From the NCBI GenBank assembly GCA_963663405.2, contig CAXXSM010000076.1, forward strand, positions 112,779 through 176,778: DNA of 64,000 nt. Direction: 5' to 3'. The stretch is from a bacterium (GTDB lineage Bacteria; Hinthialibacterota; Hinthialibacteria; Hinthialibacterales; Hinthialibacteraceae). The notes under the pieces were generated by a model. It had not been told where the DNA came from, made no database searches, and saw only the letters and a program-made list of their open reading frames with translations. The translations under genes and the position numbers were made by a program. Below, one piece after another: positions 10,013 through 19,056 of the stretch. Within the stretch, counting starts at the first letter, position 1. Every line of letters starts with the position of its first letter.

Positions 10013-10765
10013 CTAATGGATTGGCCACGAATTACCATACCATTGGCGCACGATGGCTTCGCTGGTGTCAAATAGCTGACAGATTAAAGTGGGATTGAGA
10101 ACGTCCTGTGGATTGCCCTGCGCGAGGATACGGCCTTGATAAAGGGCGGCCACCTGTGTGGCGATGCGCCGCGCGGAATGGAGATCGTGGGAGACGTATA
10201 GTATGAGTTTTCCGGTTTTGTATAACTTGACAAGGATGTCTTCGAAAATGATCTGATGCTTCAGATCGAGGAAAACTGTTGGTTCGTCCAGGAATATTAC
10301 GGGGGTGTTCTGGACAATGACTTGCGCCAAATAGACCCGCTGCCGTTCGCCTCCGCTCAAAGTTGAGAGTTTCCGGTTTCTAAATTCCTCTATATGACAT
10401 AATTCAAGCGCGTACTCAAGGCGCTGTTTTGAAGTTTGCGGTGACTCGATGTGGTTCCAGGGATGGGTCGCGAGTGAGACGAATTCAGCCACGCGGTATC
10501 CTTGGACAGAAGGCATGGATTGGGGTAAATAGGCGATGATCCGGGCGCGTTCCATGCGGGGGAGACTTAATAAATCATACTCCTTGTGATAAAGCCGATC
10601 CGCATGGGTGGGGATTAATCCAGCGGCGGCGCGGAGGAACGTGCTTTTTCCCGCGCCGTTGGGTCCAACGATCGCGAAGACACCGGCGTCCGGGATGTCG
10701 AGAGAGACAGAATCGAGGATCGTTTTGTTGGCGATGGAAACGGAAAGGTTTTGGATCGATAGCAT
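10013..10765 (-). CDS. ABC ATP-binding subunit, iron-siderophore/cobalamin class
   Basis: GPNGAGKST, LSGGERQRV, LDEPTVFLDLKHQ, SHDL. Confidence 0.85.
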   Translation of the reverse strand: MLSIQNLSVSIANKTILDSVSLDIPDAGVFAIVGPNGAGKSTFLRAAAGLIPTHADRLYHKEYDLLSLPRMERARIIAYLPQSMPSVQGYRVAEFVSLATHPWNHIESPQTSKQRLEYALELCHIEEFRNRKLSTLSGGERQRVYLAQVIVQNTPVIFLDEPTVFLDLKHQIIFEDILVKLYKTGKLILYVSHDLHSARRIATQVAALYQGRILAQGNPQDVLNPTLICQLFDTSEAIVRQWYGNSWPIH

Positions 10766-11057
10766 TCAATATATCCTTTTTTGAACGGGGGCGCGCCGTA
10801 TGAATAACAAGCAATAAGAGAACAATCACATAAGAGATTGCGTCAATGGGTGACACGCAGAATTTCCCATTGACTGAAATTATAATTTAAGAGGACTGAA
10901 TTCCAAAAGACTCACAATGAATGAAGGATGGGGAATCGATTGATTTCATGTTGTGAGTGAAATGTGGTTTTTCATTGGTTCCATGCAGTGTGATCCATGA
11001 TACAATGTTCTGTGGAATAATCGATTTAATTTGTTTGTGCAAGGGAGATGTGAAATA

Positions 11058-11708
11058 ATGAATATGCGAGTTAGGAATCACTGGTTGGGTTTTACGTTGA
11101 TTGAATTGCTGATTGTTGTCGCGATTATCGGGATTTTGGCGGCGATCGCCGTACCCAATTTTCTCAATGCGCAGATCCGCGCGAAGATTTCCCGTACGAA
11201 AAGCGATGTGCGGATGTTGGATGACCAAGCCGTTATCCGAAATATGGATTGTGGATTATGGTTGATTGATGGCAACGATACTGGACAAGCTGATCATTGC
11301 GAGTTTGAAGCCGGTTATAATTTCTGGGGCAAGACACCGGCGGAAGCGCAGGTCGATACCCAAGGGGCGCTTGGGGATAATTTCTTTAACGGACAGATTT
11401 ACCAACAATTAACAACCCCCGTCAATTACATCAATTCGATCCCGGTGGATGTGTTCACCAAGGGATTGTTTTACGGTTATGAGGATCGCGGGTGTTCTAA
11501 TGCGCCCATTGGCACGCATTATCTCTTCTTTGCCTGCGGGCCGGATGGGGATACATTTGATTGGTACATTGGCCGTCATGCGACTCCATACGTTTCATCG
11601 AACGGGCTGACGTCCAATGGAGATGTCTGGCGGTCCCGTAAACTGCGTATCCGGCCGGACGAAGGCGACCTGTATCAACAAGAGATATTCCAAGATTACT
11701 GGGAGTGA
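11058..11708 (+). CDS. Prepilin-type protein #2
   Basis: G|FTLIELLIVVAIIGILAAIAVPNFLNAQIRAK; LTTPVNY; GPDG; SSNGLTSNGDV. Confidence 0.9.
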   Translation: MNMRVRNHWLGFTLIELLIVVAIIGILAAIAVPNFLNAQIRAKISRTKSDVRMLDDQAVIRNMDCGLWLIDGNDTGQADHCEFEAGYNFWGKTPAEAQVDTQGALGDNFFNGQIYQQLTTPVNYINSIPVDVFTKGLFYGYEDRGCSNAPIGTHYLFFACGPDGDTFDWYIGRHATPYVSSNGLTSNGDVWRSRKLRIRPDEGDLYQQEIFQDYWE

Positions 11709-11868
11709 TTTTCTTAAACGGGCAATTATTTATGCGTATTCATTCCGTTTTATGTAACGGATTCTTTTCCCGCGTTATATTTCACGGCTGACAAAGATTT
11801 CATACGTCGAGAAGGCGCGTTACTCTATTCCTCTGGATAGATATCTTGCTGACGCAGGAGACTGATGA

Positions 11869-12075
11869 ATGAGAAATTGCGTGATACTGAATCCTGCGCG
11901 TATTCTTCTGTTCTAAAACCTACACGTATTCTTCAAGGTTTTTTCTTCTACTTATTGTTATATCTCACTACGTGGACGCCTTTTGCGCCGAATACCCAGT
12001 GAAACAAGATGGAACGGGTGATTTCACAACGGTTCAAGCCGCGCTGGACGCTGTGTTATCTAACGACATTGTGTT
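11869..12075 (+). pseudogene. Truncated, frameshifted copy of the 5' end of the beta-helix gene at 12968
   Basis: Aligns by eye to 12968-13150 (atgagaaattgc..., aagatgg-acgggtgatttcacaacggttcaag), reading frame broken. Confidence 0.8.
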
Positions 12076-12153
12076 CATGCGGCACAAATCACGATACTAT
12101 ATTTGTTATAGCAAAATCGATTTGATTTGTCGGCGTTAGGGAGAGATGGAATC

Positions 12154-12807
12154 GTGAATCAGCGTTTTCGGTATTACCGATGCGGTTTTACGTTGATTGA
12201 ATTGCTGATCGTTGTAGCGATTATTGGGATTCTGGCGGGGATCGCCGTGCCCAATTTTCTCAATGCGCAAATCCGCGCGAAAGTGACTCGTACGAAATGC
12301 GATATGCGCATGTTGGACGATCAAGCCGTTATCCGCCATATAGATACCGGCTTATGGTTGATTGATGGGAATGACGCAGGACAAGCCGAACATTGCGAGT
12401 TTGAAGAGGGATTTCATGACTGGGGCTTGGTACCCGATGAATTATATATTGATACACAGGGGGCGGCGCTCGGGAATGAATTCTTCAATGGGCAGATTTA
12501 TCAGCGATTAACTACCCCCGTCAACTACATTAATTCAATCCCGGCGGATGTGTTCACCAGGGGAATGTTTTATGGGTATTTTGACCATGGGTGTTCGAAT
12601 GCGCCTAAAGGCGCGTATTATCTTTTCTTCGCTTGTGGGCCGGATGGGGATCTATTTGATTGGTTCATTAACCGTCCTGCGATTCCGTATGTTTCCTCGA
12701 ATGGGCTGACGTCCAATGGAGATGTCTGGCGGTCCCGTAAACTGCGTATTTATTCAGACGAAGGCGCCTTGCACAACGAAGCGCTATTCCAGGATTACTG
12801 GGAGTGA
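12154..12807 (+). CDS. Prepilin-type protein #3 (tandem paralogue of #2)
   Basis: Same motifs; closely similar to #2 over its whole length; GTG start after GGGAGAG. Confidence 0.9.
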   Translation: MNQRFRYYRCGFTLIELLIVVAIIGILAGIAVPNFLNAQIRAKVTRTKCDMRMLDDQAVIRHIDTGLWLIDGNDAGQAEHCEFEEGFHDWGLVPDELYIDTQGAALGNEFFNGQIYQRLTTPVNYINSIPADVFTRGMFYGYFDHGCSNAPKGAYYLFFACGPDGDLFDWFINRPAIPYVSSNGLTSNGDVWRSRKLRIYSDEGALHNEALFQDYWE

Positions 12808-12967
12808 TTTTCTTAAACGGGCAATTGTTTATACGCATTCATTCCATTTCCTGCATCAGATTCTTTTACCGCTATATATCTCATGGTTTAAGAAGGTTTC
12901 ATTCTTTGAGAAGGCGTATTACTCTATTTCTCTGGATTGATATCTTACTGACGCAGGAGATTGATGA

Positions 12968-14437
12968 ATGAGAAATTGCGCGATACTGAATCCTACACGT
13001 ATTCTTCAAGGTTCTTTTATCCTATTCATTGTTCTATTTCATTTTGTGGATGCTTCTTGTATTGAATACACAGTGAAGCAAGATGGGACGGGTGATTTCA
13101 CAACGGTTCAAGAGGCGCTGGACGCCGCGTCTTCTGGCGATGTTGTGACCGTGTCCGGCGGTTCATATGTTGAAGATGTGAGTATTGGACATTTCAACGT
13201 TCCTTCATTGAAAAAAGATAATATTACTTTCCGCGCCGCCGAGGGAGAAACCGTCGAAATTATTGCGGCCAACACCAAAAACCGGGCGGGTGGATTGACA
13301 CAAGCTGGATTCGATCCAGGCCCCGCCGACCGCGCCGGCTTTGTTTTGAATGGAGATAACGCTCTCATTGAAGGAATCAGATTCATCCAACCTTCCGCTG
13401 AGTTGAATAATATCGATCAAGCCTTGGCGGTTATCGTTGGCAGTTCCAATGTCACATTCCGGAATTGTGAAATTGTGGGACCTTCCCCTGATGACGGCCC
13501 CGCCTCGAATACGGAAGGGGATTTGGTTGGATTGGCCATTTCCCCGATCGACGTATTCGCGCTGAGTCAAGGAACGGGTGTACCTCCAACGAATCTGACT
13601 ATGGAAAACTGCCGGTTCCATCATGTTGAATTCGGATTCGGTACCGAAGATATGTTGAAAACGGGTTTGCCGCCTGAGACAACCTTGCGGAATTGTGAAT
13701 TTTATTACAACCGCAATGGAGTTGAAGTGAATGATGGAACTGTCCATCTGTTTGATTGTAATATCCATGACAATAGCGTCGGCGTTCAGGCCGCTGATGA
13801 CCAGGCGTTTCTCACCAATTGTGTCATTTGGAATAATGGAAGACATGGCGTGCAGCTGGATGAAGGGGAGATTGATGCGGTTGAATCCGCTCAGAATCCA
13901 ACCGTAGTTATCGATCAGTGTGAAATCAGAGACAATGGCCTGGATAATGAAGGCGCCGGAATCCAGATGGAACTCGGTACGCTGACAGTGAAAAACACGG
14001 TTCTCTCGAATAACGTGAACGGCCAAGTGTTTATCTCTTCCTCCAATAAAGGAGACTCGACGGTAACGATCGATCATTGTGATCTCTATGAATCGATTAT
14101 GGGATTCGCTATCGCGACTACGGAAGATCTGATTAGTTTAGCTGATATCACGATTACTAATTCCATTCTTGTTGATGAAATCGGCGTCATGAATAATATG
14201 GGAGTGTTAGCGGAATTTACCGTAGAGTATTGTGATTTCTTCGTGACTGACGAGCCATTTGTTGGCGCATCCATCGTTTCGAATACTATTCTAAACATAG
14301 CGCCTGGATACGTTGATGCGGAGAGTGGAGATTTTTACCTTACGCCGGATTCCCCACTGACTACGGCCGCGCAGGATGGGGAGTACATTGGATCGAAAGG
14401 CGTTAAAACGCCAGTGGTGAATTGGATGGTTCACTAA
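12968..14437 (+). CDS. Secreted right-handed parallel beta-helix protein (pectin-lyase fold)
   Basis: Signal peptide, VKQDGTGDFTTVQEALDAA start, PbH1-like repeats; ends TPVVNWMVH. Confidence 0.8.
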   Translation: MRNCAILNPTRILQGSFILFIVLFHFVDASCIEYTVKQDGTGDFTTVQEALDAASSGDVVTVSGGSYVEDVSIGHFNVPSLKKDNITFRAAEGETVEIIAANTKNRAGGLTQAGFDPGPADRAGFVLNGDNALIEGIRFIQPSAELNNIDQALAVIVGSSNVTFRNCEIVGPSPDDGPASNTEGDLVGLAISPIDVFALSQGTGVPPTNLTMENCRFHHVEFGFGTEDMLKTGLPPETTLRNCEFYYNRNGVEVNDGTVHLFDCNIHDNSVGVQAADDQAFLTNCVIWNNGRHGVQLDEGEIDAVESAQNPTVVIDQCEIRDNGLDNEGAGIQMELGTLTVKNTVLSNNVNGQVFISSSNKGDSTVTIDHCDLYESIMGFAIATTEDLISLADITITNSILVDEIGVMNNMGVLAEFTVEYCDFFVTDEPFVGASIVSNTILNIAPGYVDAESGDFYLTPDSPLTTAAQDGEYIGSKGVKTPVVNWMVH

Positions 14438-14444
14438 GAGGACA

Positions 14445-14518
14445 GTGGATCGCGTTTTAATGATCCACTTTATATATTGATCGCTCCCGGTGGGTCAATA
14501 AAGCGCGGTCTGCCCTAC
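14445..14518. repeat. Inverted pair of GTAG-type REP-like hairpins between convergent genes
   Basis: gtggatcgcgttttaatgatccac and, on the minus strand, gtagggcagaccgcgctttattgacccacc; related copy at 55164. Confidence 0.6.
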
Positions 14519-14552
14519 CGCGGCTTATTTGCGCGTTTGAATCTCAATCATT

Positions 14553-15017
14553 TCATGTGTGAAACAAGGATTGGAGGCGCGTAGGGATGAAATGGGCGAG
14601 CATGGAGCGGCGTTTTTCGCGGCGTTCTGTCGATCCATCCAAGATTGATTCCACTGCTTGCGCCATTGTTTCTATACTGATTGGCCGATGGAGCGCCGTG
14701 GGGACATTGTATCGTTTTAATCGATTCATCTCCTCTTGTGTGATCGAGGAGTAGATCGACAGAATCCTCGAATATTGAAAGATTCCTTTCAGCAGCCAAA
14801 GTATATAACTGGGAGAAGAGACAGTATCGCTCTGTCCCAAAATGCAGAGATCATAGTTTTTGTACCGCGCGTGGTTCCATAAATCCAGATCATCACTTGC
14901 CGTTATAATTGTACCGTTCTGATTGGATACAATCCGTTTCAACAATGTAAGTTCTTCTGGCAGTAATCCAATAGATAGAATGCGCAACGCCTGCTCATCC
15001 TCATGAGGCATCTTCAT
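14553..15017 (-). CDS. Stand-alone atypical (pseudo-)receiver domain protein
   Basis: CheY-like pattern (RILSIG..YDLCILG..LHRPIS) with acidic pocket and phospho-Asp missing. Confidence 0.55.
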   Translation of the reverse strand: MKMPHEDEQALRILSIGLLPEELTLLKRIVSNQNGTIITASDDLDLWNHARYKNYDLCILGQSDTVSSPSYILWLLKGIFQYSRILSIYSSITQEEMNRLKRYNVPTALHRPISIETMAQAVESILDGSTERREKRRSMLAHFIPTRLQSLFHT

Positions 15018-15159
15018 ATTCACCTCCGTGAGTATACGATTCTCTCAATCACGTATTCAAATGGAGCGCGGCGCCAGCGTCCATTCTTTACTGAATTAGT
15101 AGCACAATTTTATTGGATTGTCATTTCAGGAAAGGAAAATGTTGGAAACGGATGTGGTA

Positions 15160-16107
15160 TTATAGAAACCTCAATCCTTCTTCCTTGCCCACAGAGCGGA
15201 TATGTTGGGCTGCTTGGTTATATTCTTCGGCTGTGCTTAAGTGTTCCAGCATCAAGGGAACGCCATCTAGTTTGCTCAATTCTTTTAAGTATACGCCATA
15301 ATCGAGATAGCCCAGACCAGGACGAATTTCATCCAGGTGAACGGTGAGTTGCTGACGCATAATGATGTCTTTCGCATGGCAGCTTTTTAAATAGGGACCA
15401 AGTTTCATAAAACACTCGCGGATCAGCGCGGCGTTGCTGTAATACCGGCGTGGGCTGTTGACGATGTTGACGGGATCGAGGTGGGCTGCGCAGGCTTTGC
15501 GGTCTATGGCGTGAATCAGGCGAAGATAGGAATCGGGGGAATCGGGAAAAGCGTATGGCATCGTCTCTAACGCGTAAACCGTGCGTTTCGGTTCTACGGC
15601 GTCAATGATTTCACGGACCGACTCAACGATTTTGTCGAAGGTCTCTTGGCTTAGATTATCTGGATGATGCCCATCCCACTTTTCTCCAACCGAGCCGCTG
15701 ATGTTGACGCAGCATTCCGCGCCGATCCGGTCCGCGAGATCCAATTGTTCTTTGCATTTTTTCAGCGCGGCGTTTCGTTTTGTTTCATCGGGATCGAGGG
15801 GATTACTCCAGGCTCCCACTTCGGCGATGATGATATTGGCTTCTTTGGCGGCTTTGGCGTAGGCTTGGACGATGTCATCGCTTTGCTGAGCGTTGACGGG
15901 GCAGTACGCCGCGCTGTAGCCCAGGCGTTTCATGATCGCCACCCATTCGTCCGGTGAGTTATATTTTTCCATCGGCGGCCCTCCCAGCCGGATGGGATTG
16001 GCCTGGGCGGCCATGGCGCGCCGATGAGACGATGCGGTAAATAGAGTGGCGCCGAGTATGGATAATTTTGCGAAACGGCGTCTTGATACGGATTTTTCTT
16101 GACTCAC
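15160..16107 (-). CDS. Tat-exported sugar phosphate isomerase/epimerase (TIM barrel)
   Basis: SRRRFAK Tat motif; ALETMP, HLDPVN, CHAKD, LMLEH. Confidence 0.85.
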   Translation of the reverse strand: MSQEKSVSRRRFAKLSILGATLFTASSHRRAMAAQANPIRLGGPPMEKYNSPDEWVAIMKRLGYSAAYCPVNAQQSDDIVQAYAKAAKEANIIIAEVGAWSNPLDPDETKRNAALKKCKEQLDLADRIGAECCVNISGSVGEKWDGHHPDNLSQETFDKIVESVREIIDAVEPKRTVYALETMPYAFPDSPDSYLRLIHAIDRKACAAHLDPVNIVNSPRRYYSNAALIRECFMKLGPYLKSCHAKDIIMRQQLTVHLDEIRPGLGYLDYGVYLKELSKLDGVPLMLEHLSTAEEYNQAAQHIRSVGKEEGLRFL

Positions 16108-16140
16108 GATCGTGTATCCTTTCGTTTATGATAATTGAGT

Positions 16141-17052
16141 TTACATACGCTGACAGTATTCTTTCCATACCTTCAGTGAGCGTTCCATTTTGCCTGTGAT
16201 GTCTCCTTCGAAACCATATCCTTGGAAACCGAATGGGCCTGTATATCCAAGGCGGATGAAGGTTCTGACGAAGGCTTCAGTGTCGTAGTCTCCTTCGCCG
16301 AGAGGCAGGATGCCATCCGTCACCTTTAATTCCGAGGCGTTTTGGAGGGAACCGTTAATTGTGACGCAATTCAATTTCGGGAGCGCGAGTTTTGCTTTCT
16401 TCTCCAGGTCTTTGGGGCCTTCCACATACAGCCAGTGGAAGAGATTGAACGTGCATCCCAGATTTTCCCGGTCCACGTGAAGCGCCAGGCGCAGCGCGTC
16501 TCCTATTCGTTCCGCCCAGAAATTGCAATGGGGGTAGATTGAGATCCGTAGCCCATTTTCCTTGCCGAGATCCGCCGCTTCCCGGAGAATGGGGATCGCC
16601 AGTCTGTCTCCCGCGGGATCGGAGGATTTGTATTTCCGGCTTATTAGTGAGATCCAAAGGATCGCCCCGCTGCCTTTTAACAATCCAATCAGGTCTTTGA
16701 TCCATTGGGGGAGGATTCCCGCATCGATCTCGATTGTGGAATAGACCGTGATTAGATCGATCCCTTTCCGCTTCATTGTTCGCAATGACTCCGGGAATTC
16801 TTTAAAACGTTTCTCGTCATTTCCAATGGTATAGTCATAGCGGGGATTCCCGATGCGTTGAAGCCAATCGGCGATTTGCGCGGCGCTTAAATCGCTTTTG
16901 AAGAATCCAGCGCTCATGATAAAAAAGCGGTCACAGAGGGGAACGACTGTTTCTTTGGCTTTGGACGCTGGCGGCGCCCAGACGGTAGCGGCGAGTCCCG
17001 ATCCAGCGAGCAGCGATGTTCGCAAAAATTGACGGCGCGGTTGTTGATTCAT
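16141..17052 (-). CDS. Tat-exported sugar phosphate isomerase/epimerase-like TIM barrel
   Basis: MNQQPRRQFL Tat start; IYPH, FNLFHW, PLGEG, GYTGP. Confidence 0.8.
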   Translation of the reverse strand: MNQQPRRQFLRTSLLAGSGLAATVWAPPASKAKETVVPLCDRFFIMSAGFFKSDLSAAQIADWLQRIGNPRYDYTIGNDEKRFKEFPESLRTMKRKGIDLITVYSTIEIDAGILPQWIKDLIGLLKGSGAILWISLISRKYKSSDPAGDRLAIPILREAADLGKENGLRISIYPHCNFWAERIGDALRLALHVDRENLGCTFNLFHWLYVEGPKDLEKKAKLALPKLNCVTINGSLQNASELKVTDGILPLGEGDYDTEAFVRTFIRLGYTGPFGFQGYGFEGDITGKMERSLKVWKEYCQRM

Positions 17053-17231
17053 TGGATTCGATCTCCCTGTTTTTTGTCGATTGCCTTGTTCATAATGACT
17101 CAATATACCATAGGAAAAACGAGAAAAACAATAGCTGGAATCGATCGATGTTTTTTCCTTGCTTTTCACACAACCTTTTTTGATCGTTCACCGTTAAAAT
17201 AGTAATGCGATTGAGTCTGGTGGAGGTATTC

Positions 17232-19040
17232 ATGATGAAATGTATTGTGGTAGTCCTATTATTGTTTTCTGTTGCGGGTATGGGATGGTTTGTTGATCCT
17301 CCCAGCGTGAACGCGGCGGAAGAACCGGCGGGAACGGAGGAATTCCAAGACGATCCAGCCGCGCATGCGCTCTATGACAAGATGGTGGAAGCGATGCGGA
17401 GCGCCGAGAGCCTCTATATTGAAAGTGAGTATCAAGATGAGGCGAAAGGCGAGGTATACAGCTCAGGCATGTATAAAATCTGGTTGAAAAAGCCGAATTA
17501 CTTCCGGATGGAGGTATTCCCTGGTGGGGATACTTCGCCGAAGGGAATTCTCGTTGGAGACGGAGAAAATTTGTGGATTTATTGGCCGAATGGGAAACCC
17601 CGCTATGGTTGGGAATCTAAAGGAGAACGCGCCGAACTATATGAAAAACATAAAAACACCTTCTATATGACGAAATACTGCGCCAATGGAATGCACTCCA
17701 TCAGTCACGAAGCGTGCTGGCTGGGTATGGGGATGACGGTTCTCGATCCGAGCACGTTTCACGGTTATACCGATTCCCTCCAAGATTACATCGATGGAGT
17801 CCAAAGCATGGGAACGGAAACCGTTGGGGGGGAGGAATGCGAGATTATTGAAGTCAGCATCATGAAACACCAGCGCAGCTGGATTTTATGGATCGCGAAG
17901 AAAGATACTCTCCCCCGTAAATTGAAGCAGATTGTCCGCGTCAGCTACGATATTATCATGCACGAACAGTGGACAACGCTGAAGATCAATTCCGAAATGG
18001 ACAATCAATTATTTGTCTGGAAACCGGGGGAGGATTGGCTCGAGTGGAAGAAGCCTCCGATCGAAGAAGGACTGCTCAAAAAGGGTACGATGTTTCCTGA
18101 TTTCGATCTCGCTTCGATTGATGGGGGGCGGATCCGGTTGTCTGACTATAAGGGGAAGATCATTTGGTTCTATATCTTCCGCGCTGGTTGACCGGCGTGC
18201 CGTGAGGAGATAGGGAGTCTCCAAAAAATATATCAAACTTATAAGAAAAAAGATTTTGTCGTTCTAGGATTCAACCGGTCGGATAGTAAACAAGTGGCGG
18301 ATCAATTTCTCATGGAAAACGGCGCGACGTTTCCAACGATCCTCGACACATCCGATGATGCAATGAAACTCTCAGGCGAAATGGAATCGATTGGCATGAG
18401 CGCCGTTCCATTGACGTACATCATCGGTAAAGACGGCCGGATTATCGACGCGTGGTATGGGTACCGAGGGAATAACGAGTCCACCGTTGTTGATTTTTTT
18501 AGTAAGGATGTGACGCTCAAGGGGAACATTCAATTCGTGGATGATGAGTATACGGTTCCGCTTCGCGGGGAGTGGGAATTCGCTGAGGATATGATCCAAC
18601 AGAACGATCCGAACGCGAATCCGGCTTCGTTGATCTTTCAACCCGTGATTGAAAAAGGTGATTTCGTCTGCAAAGCCCGGATCGACGATGGAACCGGGGG
18701 CATCCGGATTCTGTTGAATTATCAAAAACCGACGAACTATTTTGTGTGGAATATCGGCGGGGAAGAGAACTCGACCATCTCGCTCGAACAGTGGAACACG
18801 CTCGATGGGGATTATTCGATCTACATCGTTCTAAACGATCTCGAAGATTTTACGTTTGAGCGTGGAATGTGGCACTCGATCCGTGTAACCGTTGATGTCA
18901 AGGGACGGATGATTGAAGGATATATCGACGGTCAGAAATTGCTTGAATTTAAAACGAAATATTTAAAACCGAGTCAATTTGGATTGGGCACATGGCAGAC
19001 AAACGCTGCGTTTAAAGCGGTTGAGATGAATGTTTATTAG
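17232..19040 (+). CDS. Putative selenoprotein: LolA/DUF2092-like + TlpA-type redoxin (UxxC) + DUF1080/ConA-like domain
   Basis: ORFs 17205-18191 and 18294-19040 are in one frame; single TGA at 18189-18191 gives FRAG-U-PAC-REEIGSLQKIY with no other stop. Confidence 0.85.
18192..18222 (+). promoter_or_regulatory. Candidate bacterial SECIS element
   Basis: Hairpin GGAGAU-AGGGA-GUCUCC, loop 20 nt after UGA, G in second loop position. Confidence 0.65.
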
Positions 19041-19056
19041 GGCTCAATTTTATTCT

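Noticed and set aside
10766-11050. Cobalamin riboswitch upstream of the BtuD/FecE-like ATPase
   Set aside because: No B12-box or conserved core could be identified by eye.
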